Shown piece after piece: positions 9,078 to 19,726 of a stretch of 64,000 nucleotides of DNA. The notes under the pieces were generated by a model. That model was given only the letters and a program-made list of their open reading frames with translations, had not been told where the DNA came from and did not search any database. Numbering within the stretch: position 1 is the stretch's first letter; each line of letters opens with the position of its first letter. Both the position numbers and the translations under genes were made by a program. Origin of the DNA: Candidatus Omnitrophota bacterium (lineage in GTDB: Bacteria > Omnitrophota > Gorgyraeia > Duberdicusellales > 4484-171); NCBI GenBank assembly GCA_043815445.1, contig JBDRIY010000054.1, positions 527-64,526 of the forward strand, read 5' to 3'.

Positions 9078-10901
9078 TCAGGCATAAAATTGTAAATCAT
9101 GCAGCTTTTTATACATGCTATCCCCTGCTAAAAGTTGAGAATGTGTGCCTATTTCAATGATTGAACCTCTGTCCAAAACAACTATCTTATCAGCTTTCTG
9201 CACTGTAGAAAGCCTATGGGCGATAACAAAAGCGGTTTTACCCTTTAAAAGATTATGTAAAGCATCTTTTATCAACTGTTCTGACTCAGAGTCAAGCTGA
9301 CTGGTAGCTTCATCTAATATTAAAATAGGAGAATTTTTAAGGATTGCCCGAGCAATAGCAATCCTCTGCTTTTGCCCTCCTGAAAGCCGCAAACCCCTAT
9401 CTCCAATAACAGTAGCAAAGCCATTAGGCAATTCTTTGATAAACTCAAAAGCATGGGCTTTTTTGGCCGCCTCAATGATTTCTTCCTCACTAGCGTCTAT
9501 TTTTCCATAAGCAATGTTATCCTGAACAGTGGTATTAAAAAGAACCATTTCTTGGGAAACTATAGCTATGAGAGATCTTAAATCTTTTAAAGCGATATCT
9601 TTGATATTCATCCCATCAATAAGAATCAGTCCTTTTTGGGGGTCGTAAAACCGAACAAGTAAGCTTACTAAAGTTGATTTTCCCGCGCCTGAAGGGCCGA
9701 CCAAGGCGATTACTTCTCCCTTTTTTGCTTTAAAATTAATATCTTTTAACACAGAGTCTTCTTCTTTGGCGTACTTAAACCAAACTTTATTAAAATCTAT
9801 CTCTTGCTTAAATTCTTTTAAAGTTAAAGGGTTGCTTATATTCATTACCTTTGGTTTCTCTTCTAAAACATCGTAAATTCTATCTGAAGCAACCATAGCT
9901 TGCTGATTAATAGCATGTACATTAGATAATTTTTTAAGCGGCCGAATCATAGACAAAAGGAAAGCTAAAAAAATACCAAAAACGCCAAAAGATAAATTAC
10001 CTGAAATCACTTCTTTCCCTATGATCCATAGAATCACAACCGCCCCGGAAGCTCCGACAAACTCAGTAAAAGGAGATAAAACTAACATTCTTTTAGCAGT
10101 TTTTAAGGTAAACCGGTAATACTGATGATTAATATTGTTAAACCTGCCTAATTCATAATCCTCACGGCAAAAAGCCTTTACAATATAAGCGCCCTGAATA
10201 GTTTCGGCCATAAGTGAGTTCAAATCAGCCATTTTATTTTGCACCTGAAGAGCAAACTTTTTAATTCTTTTGCCCAGCCTAACCACCGGATACATTATCA
10301 AAGGAAAAATAACAAAAGCAATTAAAGGTAATTTCCAGGAAATTTTAAAACCTATATAAAAGGCTAAAAAAGCAAAAAAGGCCGTTTTCATTGATTCAAA
10401 GATAAGATCCTTTAAGGCATAAGAAATCGCGTTAGTGATGACAGCCACATCATTAGTTATCCTGGACATTAACTCTCCAGTTCTTTTTTTACCGTAAAAA
10501 TCCATAGATAATTCCTGAAACTTAGCGTAAAGCTTACTCCGGACGTCCTTCACAACCCCCTGGCCAACCATATTCACAAGATATTCCTGAAAAAAGATAG
10601 ATATTCCTTTAATAAGAAACAAAGCCGGCATAAAAATAAGCATAAATTTAAGAAATAGCAAAGGTTCTGTCGAATTCAACTTTTCAATTATTGAAGCTAG
10701 AAATTGAGGAAGTTCTCCGGGAATAATTATTTGTTTATTAGTAAGCACCCTGTCTGAAAGAGGCATAATCATCCCTAAGCTGGCGCCTTCAAAAATAGTA
10801 GACACCCCCATACAGAGAGCTGCTAAAAATAAAAATCCCCTATAAGGATAAACGAATTGAAGAAGTTTTAAATATTCTCTAATATACTTTTTCATAACCA
10901 A
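9078..10901 (-). CDS. ABC transporter permease/ATP-binding protein, MsbA-like lipid exporter
   Basis: 607 aa with six N-terminal TM helices. Walker A GPSGAGKST, signature LSGGQKQRIAIARA, Walker B ILILDEATS. Next to lpxB. Confidence 0.85.
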   Translation of the reverse strand: MVMKKYIREYLKLLQFVYPYRGFLFLAALCMGVSTIFEGASLGMIMPLSDRVLTNKQIIIPGELPQFLASIIEKLNSTEPLLFLKFMLIFMPALFLIKGISIFFQEYLVNMVGQGVVKDVRSKLYAKFQELSMDFYGKKRTGELMSRITNDVAVITNAISYALKDLIFESMKTAFFAFLAFYIGFKISWKLPLIAFVIFPLIMYPVVRLGKRIKKFALQVQNKMADLNSLMAETIQGAYIVKAFCREDYELGRFNNINHQYYRFTLKTAKRMLVLSPFTEFVGASGAVVILWIIGKEVISGNLSFGVFGIFLAFLLSMIRPLKKLSNVHAINQQAMVASDRIYDVLEEKPKVMNISNPLTLKEFKQEIDFNKVWFKYAKEEDSVLKDINFKAKKGEVIALVGPSGAGKSTLVSLLVRFYDPQKGLILIDGMNIKDIALKDLRSLIAIVSQEMVLFNTTVQDNIAYGKIDASEEEIIEAAKKAHAFEFIKELPNGFATVIGDRGLRLSGGQKQRIAIARAILKNSPILILDEATSQLDSESEQLIKDALHNLLKGKTAFVIAHRLSTVQKADKIVVLDRGSIIEIGTHSQLLAGDSMYKKLHDLQFYA

Positions 10902-10966
10902 ACCGCCATTATTTATGATTTAACTGGGTAGAATTTTACCACATCAATTGACTTTTCACAAGAGAT

Positions 10967-11896
10967 TTGATAAAATACGCGATAATGAGAGTAGGGGTAG
11001 TAGGAATAGGAAAATTAGGGAGCATTCATTTCCGTATCTATAAGGAAATAAAAGAGATAACGGAAATCTACCTTGCCGATACCTGTACGGAAAGGCTTTC
11101 CAGCCTTATTGGCGCGGCTGCCTGTTTCCAAGATTATAAACAGCTGAAAGGAAAAGTCGAACTGGTAAGTATTGCTGTCCCTACTTCGGCTCATTTTGAA
11201 GTTGCTAAGTTTTTCCTTGAAAACAAAATTCCTGTGCTGGTAGAAAAACCTCTTACTCAAAACACAAAAGAAGCTCAAAAATTAATAAATCTTGCTAAAA
11301 AGAATAAAACTCTTCTTTTTGTAGGCCACGTAGAAAGATATAACAGCGCTTATCTGGCTGTCCAAAAAATTATTAAAAATCCTTTATTTATAGAATGTCA
11401 CCGCTTAAGCCCTTATCCTCATCGGTCATTAGACGTAAGCGTTGCCCTGGATTTAATGATCCATGATTTGGATATAATTTTAGGCCTTTTAGGGGATAAA
11501 GTTACAAAAATTGACGCTAAGGGCGTCCGCGTGCTCTCTAAGACTGATGATATAATTAACGCCCGTATTACTTTTAAGAAAGGCTGTGTTGCCAACATAA
11601 CGTCTTCGCGCATTTCAGCAAAAACAGAACGAAAAATTAGAATATTTATGCGCAACTGTTATATTTCCTTAGATTTCGCCCAACAAAACGTAGAAATATA
11701 CAAAAAATTTAAAGGCGAAATTACCCGAAAACAGCTCTGTATAAATAAAGAAGAACCGCTAAAAAAAGAAATTGTTGATTTCGTAAATTTAGTACGTAAA
11801 GGCGTTTTTGATATAAGCTACGCCCAAAAAGCCAAAGAAGCTTTAAGCCTCGCTTTGAAAATCCATAAACTTGTAAATATGGATACACGCGGATAA
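10967..11896 (+). CDS. Gfo/Idh/MocA-family NAD(P)-dependent oxidoreductase
   Basis: MRVGVVGIGKLGSIH Rossmann N-terminus, then the EKP (VEKPL) motif. Confidence 0.75.
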   Translation: MIKYAIMRVGVVGIGKLGSIHFRIYKEIKEITEIYLADTCTERLSSLIGAAACFQDYKQLKGKVELVSIAVPTSAHFEVAKFFLENKIPVLVEKPLTQNTKEAQKLINLAKKNKTLLFVGHVERYNSAYLAVQKIIKNPLFIECHRLSPYPHRSLDVSVALDLMIHDLDIILGLLGDKVTKIDAKGVRVLSKTDDIINARITFKKGCVANITSSRISAKTERKIRIFMRNCYISLDFAQQNVEIYKKFKGEITRKQLCINKEEPLKKEIVDFVNLVRKGVFDISYAQKAKEALSLALKIHKLVNMDTRG

Positions 11897-11922
11897 CAGC
11901 GTGAAAATGCATAGAAATTTAT

Positions 11923-13051
11923 ATGAAAAATATTGTAATTGTAGCTGGAGATTCTTCGGGTGATTTATACGGAGCAAAATTAGCTGAGAATCTAACACAA
12001 AAATTCTCTAACCTTAAAATATTCTCCTTTGCCGGCCCCCACTTAGCCCGACACTCCTCCCAACAAATAAATCTTATCGAACATTCCGTATCAGGAATAG
12101 TTGAAGTGTTTTCTAATCTAAAAGAAATACTTAATATTTTTAAAGAAACTGAAAATCGGATACAAAAAATAAAACCCCGACTTAGTAATCCTTATTGATT
12201 TCCCCGATTTCAATTTAAGGCTGGCAAAAACTCTTAATAAAAAATTTCCTATTTTTTATTATATAAGCCCTCAGATATGGGCTTGGAGAAAAAAACGAAT
12301 AGAATCAATAAAACGCTACATAGAAAAAATGATTGTAATCTTTAAGTTTGAACAAGATTTTTACAAAAAAGAAGGAGTAGATGTTCTTTATTTCGGCCAT
12401 CCCTTACTTGAAATAATCAACAAGCCAGAAAACTCCTCCACCCGTCATCCTGAGGAGTGGAACAACGAAGGATCTCAAAAAAACATAATCTCTTTCCTCC
12501 CCGGCTCCAGAAAAAATGAAGTGAAAAAACACCTGCCTATAATGCAAAAAACAAAAGAAATCCTTGAAAAAGAGTTACCAGATTATCACTTTCAAGTGAT
12601 AAGGCCCAAAAATTTAGATGAGAATTTTTACCAAAGCTTGTCCTCAAATATGAATATAATTGAACACTCCTATCAAGCAATTCAAGATTCAAAGTTCATA
12701 ATCACCTCCTCGGGAACCGCGACCGTTGAAATTTCAATATTGGAAGTTCCTTATATTATAATCTACAAGATGAACCCGCTTACATGGCAAATTTTAAAAA
12801 GAATTGTAAATACTAATTTTGTGGGTATGGCTAATATTTTATCGGGGAAAAAAATAGTTGATGAACTCCTGCAAAGAGAAGCTTGCCCTAAGCAAATAGC
12901 AGCCTTAACTCTCAAATACTTAAAAGACAAAGATAAATACCGCGAGCTAAAAGAAGAGCTGAAGAAAATAAAAGACAAGCTTTTACCGGACGGCGCGACA
13001 GATAAATTAGCGAGCTACATAGGAAATTATCTACGTTTAATAAAATTATAA
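11923..13051 (+). pseudogene. lpxB: lipid-A-disaccharide synthase, disrupted by a +1 frameshift in a C4 run (12175..12178). Could also be a homopolymer sequencing error.
   Basis: ORF 11923..12198 has the LpxB N-terminus (IVIVAGDSSGDLYGAKL). ORF 12329..13051 has the C-terminal domain (SFLPGSRKNEV ... ITSSGTATVEI). The shifted frame reads NPDLVILIDFPDFNLRLAK ... YYISPQIWAWRKKR, the missing middle of LpxB. Deleting one C restores a single reading frame. Confidence 0.65.
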
Positions 13052-14883
13052 ATATTTAATATTGCCGCGGGGGTAATGCCGCTTATTTTTAGGGCTTGGG
13101 CTAGAGTTTTGGGCTTGAATTTTTCTAATTTTTCCTGAACTTCTCTGGATAAAGAAGGAACTTGGAAAAAATCTATTTTAGGTATTTTTATTTTATCAAT
13201 ATTTCGTAATTCTTTCAGCCAGGATTGTTCCCGGCGTAAAAATCCCTCATATTTCGCCAATATTTCTATTTCTCTTTGTATTTCTAAATCATCTATTTTT
13301 TCTTTTAAATATTTTTTTATATCTTTAAAGCTAACCTTAGGCCTTTTAAGGGCTTCAGAAATAAGAATTTTGCGGCCTTTAAAAATAATTCTTTGAGTTT
13401 TAACTTTCTTCATTTCTTCATCTAAGCGGTTCTTCTTATCTACGATTACCTCATAATCACTCTTATTTATTAATCCTAATTTATAGCCTATGCCAGCCAA
13501 CCTCATACTGGTATTACTTTCGCGCAAAGTTAGCCGAAACTCGCAGCGGGAAGTAAACATCCGGTAAGGCTCATCAACCCCTTTGGCAGTTAAGTCATCG
13601 ATTAAAACTCCAATATAAGCTTGGCTTCTTTCTAAGATAAAAGGACTTTTTTTCTTAACTCTTAAAGCCGCGTTTATTCCGGCTATCAATCCTTGAGCCG
13701 CGGCTTCTTCGTAACCGGTTGTCCCGTTAACTTGGCCGGCAAAATAAAGGCCGCTTATTTTTTTTGATTCTAAGCTTCGATCCAACTGACAAGGGTTAAT
13801 CAAACCATGCTCAATACCATAGCCGGGACGTAAAACTAAAGTTTTTTCCAGCCCCTCAATTGTCCGTATAAACTTTAATTGAACATTCAAAGGCAAAGAC
13901 GTTGATATTCCGTTAGGGTAAACTTCAATGCAGTTTAATCCCTGAGGCTCTATAAAAACCTGATGCCTGTCTCTTTGAGAGAATCTTATGACTTTATCCT
14001 CTAAAGAAGGGCAATAGCGGACTCCGGTAGAATGAATTTTTCCCGTATATAAAGGTGAGTATTTTAAATTATTTAGAATAACTTTGTGAGTCTTTTTATT
14101 AGTGTGAGTTATAAAACAGCTTAAACTTTTTTTATTTACCCCGTTAGAAATTTTATGGCCATCTAAAGATAACCTATTTCTATCGGGGTTTATCTTTTTA
14201 TTATGAAAAGAAAAAGGCACTACGTCTTTATCCGGCTTTTGCTCAATCATTTTCGAAAAATCAATTGTGCGTTTATCTAAACGGGCGCAAGTCCCGGTTT
14301 TAAAATGTTTAACTTCAAAACCTAAATTTTTTATATTGTCAAAAAGGCTATCACTGGATTCCTCATAAAGCCTGCCTCCGGGAAAACTATTTAAACCAAT
14401 ATGAATTTTGCTCTTAAGAAAAGTTCCGGCACAAATAACTATTGCCTTAGTTTCAAAAATTTCTCCAAAATTAGTTTGAACTCCGTAAACTTTCTTATTT
14501 TTTACTAATATTCTCTCTACTTTTGCCTGCAAAATTTCAATATTATCAGTGCTTTCAAGAAAACAACGGGCAACTTTTGGATAAGTATACATATCAACCT
14601 GAGCTCTTGTTGACCAGACAGCTTTACCTTTGCTTCTATTTAGAATTCTATAGCCCAGCGCGCTTTGATCAGTAATTCTAGCTATTAAACCGCCCAAAGC
14701 ATCAACTTCTCTAACTAAATGCCCTTTAGAAACTCCGCCCACGGCCGGATTACAAGACAATTTTCCAATCCCGTCAATATCAATAGTCAAAAGCAAAACA
14801 GAACAGCCCAATTTAGCCGCCGAATACGCCGCCTCAATCCCCGCATGTCCCGCGCCAATTACAACAATATCATACTTCTTCAT
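13027..14883 (-). CDS. mnmG: tRNA uridine-5-carboxymethylaminomethyl modification enzyme MnmG (GidA)
   Basis: 618 aa. FAD site YDIVVIGAGHAGIEAA, GidA family throughout. Confidence 0.9.
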   Translation of the reverse strand: MKKYDIVVIGAGHAGIEAAYSAAKLGCSVLLLTIDIDGIGKLSCNPAVGGVSKGHLVREVDALGGLIARITDQSALGYRILNRSKGKAVWSTRAQVDMYTYPKVARCFLESTDNIEILQAKVERILVKNKKVYGVQTNFGEIFETKAIVICAGTFLKSKIHIGLNSFPGGRLYEESSDSLFDNIKNLGFEVKHFKTGTCARLDKRTIDFSKMIEQKPDKDVVPFSFHNKKINPDRNRLSLDGHKISNGVNKKSLSCFITHTNKKTHKVILNNLKYSPLYTGKIHSTGVRYCPSLEDKVIRFSQRDRHQVFIEPQGLNCIEVYPNGISTSLPLNVQLKFIRTIEGLEKTLVLRPGYGIEHGLINPCQLDRSLESKKISGLYFAGQVNGTTGYEEAAAQGLIAGINAALRVKKKSPFILERSQAYIGVLIDDLTAKGVDEPYRMFTSRCEFRLTLRESNTSMRLAGIGYKLGLINKSDYEVIVDKKNRLDEEMKKVKTQRIIFKGRKILISEALKRPKVSFKDIKKYLKEKIDDLEIQREIEILAKYEGFLRREQSWLKELRNIDKIKIPKIDFFQVPSLSREVQEKLEKFKPKTLAQALKISGITPAAILNIYNFIKRR

Positions 14884-15027
14884 AACAAATAAAATCCGAA
14901 TATCGAAATCCGAAACAAATCCTAATGACCAAAATTCTAATGATCAAAACAATATTCTCTATTTTGAAAATTTGAACATTCGAATTTCGAATTTGTTTCG
15001 GATTTCGGATTTCGTGCTTCGGATTTA
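14884..15027. repeat. MITE-like intergenic repeat, copy 2 (same family as 6667..6883)
   Basis: Perfect 15-bp inverted arms aaatccgaaacaaat / atttgtttcggattt. High identity to copy 1. Confidence 0.6.
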
Positions 15028-15795
15028 CTACTTCTTAGTTTGTTTAGCAACAGAATCAATTGCCTTTTTTATTACTTCAGGGTCGCCTAGATAATAATGT
15101 TTGAGAGCTTTAAGATTTTCGTCAAGCTCATATACCAGGGGAATTCCCGTAGGAATATTAAAGCTGACGATATCTTCATCCGAAACATTATCGAGATATT
15201 TGACTAGGGCTCTTAAACTATTTCCATGAGCGGCAATGATAACTTTCTTGCCCTGCTTAAGGCTGGGCACAATAGTCTGCTGCCAGTAAGGAAGGAATCT
15301 ATCAACTGTATCTTTGAGACATTCAGCAAGAGGTAGTTCTTTTTCCCTTAACTCTTTATATCGGGGGTCATTTCCGGGGAAACGAGGATCGTCTTTAGTT
15401 AAAACTGGAGGCGGAATATCATAGCTCCTCCTCCAAGCCAAAACCTGCTCATCCCCATACTTTTGAACAGTTTCTACCTTATTTAAGCCCTGTAAGGCGC
15501 CATAATGCCTTTCATTAAGCCTCCATGAGCGATAAACCGGAATCCACATTAAATCCATATCTTCTAAAACTATCCAAAGAGTTGAAATTGCCCTTTTAAG
15601 AACCGAAGTATAAGCAATATCAAAGGTAAAACCCTGTTTTTTAAGGCTTTGGGCTCCGCTATGAGCCTCTTGGACACCTTTCTCAGACAACCCAACATCA
15701 GTCCAGCCGGTAAACCTATTTTCCAAATTCCAAGTACTCTCTCCGTGTCTCAATAAAACTAACTTAACCATTTTTTCTCCCTTTCCATTTAACAA
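15028..15795 (-). CDS. gpmA: 2,3-bisphosphoglycerate-dependent phosphoglycerate mutase
   Basis: [20 protein letters not shown] catalytic-His motif, 255 aa. Confidence 0.9.
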   Translation of the reverse strand: MLNGKGEKMVKLVLLRHGESTWNLENRFTGWTDVGLSEKGVQEAHSGAQSLKKQGFTFDIAYTSVLKRAISTLWIVLEDMDLMWIPVYRSWRLNERHYGALQGLNKVETVQKYGDEQVLAWRRSYDIPPPVLTKDDPRFPGNDPRYKELREKELPLAECLKDTVDRFLPYWQQTIVPSLKQGKKVIIAAHGNSLRALVKYLDNVSDEDIVSFNIPTGIPLVYELDENLKALKHYYLGDPEVIKKAIDSVAKQTKK

Positions 15796-15836
15796 TTTAA
15801 AATGCTAATTGCTAATTTTTAATTTTGCATTAAGGT

Positions 15837-18800
15837 TTAGCACTTCGAGTATCCACAAGCATCACAAACCAAGCACCCTTCCTGATGCCGCAGGGCAAAC
15901 CCGCATTCTATACATACTCCCACAACGTTGTTTGAATTATTTTTATTAACCTTAATAGGGCTGGCATACTTGTGTCCACTGGGGTGCTCGCCGCCTACGA
16001 CTGCTCCTACCGGCGCTTCTTCTTGGACAAATGAAACTTTAACCTTCATCTCTTCTTTTTGGCCGGATGCTCTTTTTTCTAAAACTCTGGCAATGGCGTC
16101 AGCACAGGAAAAAATCTTTTTTCCCTTATCCCAAGAAGGAGAAGGGCACCTGATGCCTTTAAGCTGTTCAACAATAACTTTTACGTCAATGCCTCCTCTT
16201 AAAGCAAGAGAAACCAACCTTCCTACTGCTTCAAGCTGAGAAGCAGCACAACCGCCGGCTTTTCCCATTTGAGTAAAAACTTCAAAGAAATTTCCCTCTT
16301 CATCTTGATTAACCGTAATGTAAAGATTGCCGCAGCCAGTGTTAACTTTAGTAGTAGTCCCTAAAATTACTTCCGGCCTAGGCTTAGGGTAAGGCACAGT
16401 TAAGGAATAGCTTTCAATTTCTTTATTTTCCATACTTTTATCCCCTTCCTTTTTTTTATCTATTGTAAGAACTTGCACTTTTCGACTCCCATCCCTATAC
16501 ACTGTTATACCCTTACAATTAACCTTATAAGCAAGCAAATAAGCTTCTTTTATGTCTTCTACTTTAGCATCATTAGAAAAATTAATGGTTTTAGAAACAG
16601 CATTATCCGTATATTCCTGAAAAACTCCCTGCATTTTTATATGCCAAAATGCTGAAATGTCCATTGCTGTTCTAAAAATTCTTTTTACCTTGTCAGGTAC
16701 CTCTTTCATCCCCTGAATGCTTTCTCCTGAAGCTACCCTTTTCATCAGCTCTTTAGAGTAAAAACCTTGTTTTTTTGCTGTCCATTCAAAAGCAAGATCT
16801 GCTTCTAAAAGCTTTTCGCCGTCTAAAACATTACGAAAATAACATAAAGAAAAGTTAGGTTCAACTCCTGAAGAAGTTGGCCCGGCAATAATACTTATTG
16901 TTCCCGTAGGCGCAATCGTAGTCAAGGTCGCGTTACGCATCTTCATATTTTTTTTATGCCAAGTACTCCCTTCCCACGCCGGAAATACTCCTCTTTCTTT
17001 TGCTAATTCTAAAGAAGCGCCGCGCGCGATATCTTGAATAAAACTCATAACTTTTTTTGCTAAATTTATAGCTTCTTCGCTGTCATAAGGAATACCTAAG
17101 AATCCCAGCATTGTTGCCCAGCCCATAACTCCTAAGCCAATTTTACGAGTTTTCAAAGTACTAGTTTCAATTTGAGAAAGAGGAAACTTATTGCAATCAA
17201 TAACATTATCTAAGAACCTCACTGATTGAATAGTAACTCTCTTAAGCCTATCCCAATCTGTCTCAAACTTACCATTAATTTCTTTAATCATTTTTGATAA
17301 ATTTATAGACCCAAGATTACAACTTTCGTAAGGGAGCAAAATTTGTTCGCCGCATGGATTTGTTGACTCATATTTCCCTAACGCCGGCGTCGGATTATGC
17401 TTGTTCATCTTATCAATAAATATTATTCCCGGCTCTCCGTTTCTATGGGCGTAAACTGCTATAAGATCAAAGACTTCTTTAGCATCAAGCTCGCCAACAA
17501 CTTTATCTGAGCGGGGATCGCGTAACTCATATTTTTCTTCTCTTAAAACTTTCTCCATAAAATCATCAGTCAAAGCGATAGAAATATTAAAATTAGAAAT
17601 ATCGCCTTCTTTTTCTTTACACTTAATAAATTCTAAAATATCAGGATGATCCACACTTAATATTCCCATGTTCGCGCCGCGCCTCATTCCCCCTTGAACC
17701 ACAGCGTGCGTAGCAGCATCAAAAACTTTCATAAATGAAACTGGGCCTGAAGCTACTCCTCCGGTTGATTTAACAATACTATTTTTTGGGCGAAGGCGGG
17801 AAAAGCTAAAACCTGTTCCGCCGCCACTTTGATGAATTAAGGCGGTAGATTTAATAGCGTCAAAAATAGACTCCATGCTGTCAGCGACAGGGAGCACGAA
17901 ACAATTATGCACAGCCACTCCATTAGCTAAATAGCTATGGTCTTCTTCCACTTCTAAATTATACACATCTCCATCGAATGGCTTGCATTCTATTCTATCA
18001 ATTGGCCTCAATATTACATTTCCCGTCTTAATATATCGAGGAAATATTTTTCTTTCTCTGTATTTTCCTTTCTTTATCGCCTCTACTAATTGTTTACACT
18101 CGCTAGGGGCCGCACCAATTCTATATGCTTCTTCCGTTGCGCCTCTTGGCCTTCTATGAGTGATATTAAAATTATATCTGAGCCTTAATAGGACATTCCA
18201 TACATCATTTGCTAATTTTTCATTTGATAAGCTAACAAAAATTCTATCTTGTCTTTTCTCTTTTGAATAGCAACCATCTCCTCTAAATAACCCGACTAGC
18301 AAATTAAATTGTTTTTCTAATGGTAAAGTAATAACCCATGCGGGCAGCCTCTTTCCGTTGAAGCCTTTTCCAAATAATTTGTAGAACAACTCTGCTACTA
18401 TTATTGAACTAAATCTTATTTGAATTGTTTTTTGCTTCTCTGTGAATTCTTCCTTTGCTGTCAAATTAAATTTCTTCTTCATTGTCCTTCTAATTTCTTC
18501 ACAGAATTCTTTCTCTTTCAAATTAAATGTAAATCTTATCACGCTATATTTATCATATCTCTTGCTTAACGAACCGTCAGCTAACCACTGACCGATTAGT
18601 CTCAAGAAATCATTATCAATTCCTATCCTATTAGGTATATTTTTCCCTTCATTCGGTCTTCCTTTAGCTATTAAACAATCTCCTTTTTTTAAATAGATAT
18701 TATCCTTGAGATAATCTTCAATCTTTATCTCTTTTATGTCTTTTATTTCTCTATTTGTATTTACCACAACAAAATCGCCTTTTTCTAATTTTTTTACAGG

Positions 18801-19430
18801 TATCCATTTTGGTTCAAAGAATTGGCCGATAAACTCGCAATTTCTTTTATATTCCCCGGGTATTTTTAGACAATACTTTTTTATAAATCCATTACATTTT
18901 TTATTTTTCATTCTCTTACATACTAAATTTTCCTTTTTTACAGCGAGTATTGGGTGTTCTTCTGTAACACTCAAGCCAGGCCTCATAAGTCCCTGAATAT
19001 CTATAGCATAAAGCTTACCTCTATATTTTCTTTGATGCAACTCTAATACTTCTTTTGCTCTTCCCCGATCTGTTATTACTTTATCTCCTACTTCTATTTG
19101 GTCTATATTTTTATATCCAAGATTTGATAGAATCTTTTGCTCTTTTATAAAACAAGCAGATAACTGTCCTAGGTCTTTTCCGGCGTTCATTAGAGTAGGT
19201 GAGTTCGGCATAAACTCTAACTCTCTCATCATTTCAAAAAAATCTTTTTCTACTTTTTTTAAAGCCTCTTCATTAGCGCCGTATTTTTTTTCAATAGAAG
19301 CAATCGCGCCGGAAACTCTCTTTAAAAGTTCTTCTGGAGTTTCAATAACTTCTCCGGCGTTATTCTTTTTAAGATAACGTTTTTGTAAAACAATAAGAGC
19401 ATTAGACGAAAATTTTAACGAAGACTTCAT
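15837..19430 (-). CDS. nrdJ: class II (adenosylcobalamin-dependent) ribonucleotide reductase with an inserted intein and a Cys-rich zinc-ribbon tail
   Basis: The extein sequence SPTLMNAGKDLGQLSA|CFVLPVADSMESIFDAIKSTALIHQSGGGTGFSFSRLRP is split by a 417-aa insertion. The C-terminus is CIECGF...CLVCDACGYSKC. Confidence 0.9.
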   Translation of the reverse strand: MKSSLKFSSNALIVLQKRYLKKNNAGEVIETPEELLKRVSGAIASIEKKYGANEEALKKVEKDFFEMMRELEFMPNSPTLMNAGKDLGQLSACFIKEQKILSNLGYKNIDQIEVGDKVITDRGRAKEVLELHQRKYRGKLYAIDIQGLMRPGLSVTEEHPILAVKKENLVCKRMKNKKCNGFIKKYCLKIPGEYKRNCEFIGQFFEPKWIPVKKLEKGDFVVVNTNREIKDIKEIKIEDYLKDNIYLKKGDCLIAKGRPNEGKNIPNRIGIDNDFLRLIGQWLADGSLSKRYDKYSVIRFTFNLKEKEFCEEIRRTMKKKFNLTAKEEFTEKQKTIQIRFSSIIVAELFYKLFGKGFNGKRLPAWVITLPLEKQFNLLVGLFRGDGCYSKEKRQDRIFVSLSNEKLANDVWNVLLRLRYNFNITHRRPRGATEEAYRIGAAPSECKQLVEAIKKGKYRERKIFPRYIKTGNVILRPIDRIECKPFDGDVYNLEVEEDHSYLANGVAVHNCFVLPVADSMESIFDAIKSTALIHQSGGGTGFSFSRLRPKNSIVKSTGGVASGPVSFMKVFDAATHAVVQGGMRRGANMGILSVDHPDILEFIKCKEKEGDISNFNISIALTDDFMEKVLREEKYELRDPRSDKVVGELDAKEVFDLIAVYAHRNGEPGIIFIDKMNKHNPTPALGKYESTNPCGEQILLPYESCNLGSINLSKMIKEINGKFETDWDRLKRVTIQSVRFLDNVIDCNKFPLSQIETSTLKTRKIGLGVMGWATMLGFLGIPYDSEEAINLAKKVMSFIQDIARGASLELAKERGVFPAWEGSTWHKKNMKMRNATLTTIAPTGTISIIAGPTSSGVEPNFSLCYFRNVLDGEKLLEADLAFEWTAKKQGFYSKELMKRVASGESIQGMKEVPDKVKRIFRTAMDISAFWHIKMQGVFQEYTDNAVSKTINFSNDAKVEDIKEAYLLAYKVNCKGITVYRDGSRKVQVLTIDKKKEGDKSMENKEIESYSLTVPYPKPRPEVILGTTTKVNTGCGNLYITVNQDEEGNFFEVFTQMGKAGGCAASQLEAVGRLVSLALRGGIDVKVIVEQLKGIRCPSPSWDKGKKIFSCADAIARVLEKRASGQKEEMKVKVSFVQEEAPVGAVVGGEHPSGHKYASPIKVNKNNSNNVVGVCIECGFALRHQEGCLVCDACGYSKC
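17904..19154 (-). mobile_element. intein with LAGLIDADG homing-endonuclease domain inside nrdJ
   Basis: Begins with Cys right after LGQLSA. Ends VAVHN and is followed by extein Cys. Two LAGLIDADG-like motifs: LIGQWLADGS and LVGLFRGDGC. Confidence 0.8.
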
Positions 19431-19475
19431 ACCCCCCCTTTTTTTCCAATATTAAATAATATCTAATTTAATAAT

Positions 19476-19555
19476 CGTAGGGACCGGCCTTGCGTCGGCC
19501 CGAAACAAAATAATGAATTATTAAGCAACGGGCGGAGGCAAGCCCCGCCTCTACG
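19476..19555. repeat. GC-rich palindromic element, copy 1: cgtagggaccggccttgcgtcggcccg ... AT-rich palindrome aataatgaattatt ... cgggcggaggcaagccccgcctctacg
   Basis: The two ~27 bp GC arms are reverse complements of each other. A homologous element lies at 30433..30520. Confidence 0.55.
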
Positions 19556-19726
19556 TATTTTTTATACTACCCGTTCAGAGAAATGTCAAGGAAAAATACT
19601 ATATCTTGTAGTTCTTAATCATTAAAGATACAACATATTGTTAAAAAGTAAAAAGATCTAACTCACTGAATATCGGAAGATTTCAAATTGCTGAAAATTC
19701 AGCTTTGAGGAAATTGAAACTGAACT

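Noticed and set aside
19440-19726. Possible cobalamin riboswitch upstream of nrdJ
   Set aside because: No B12-box consensus is visible. The same GC palindrome occurs upstream of an unrelated ABC transporter, and nrdJ itself uses B12 rather than being repressed by it.
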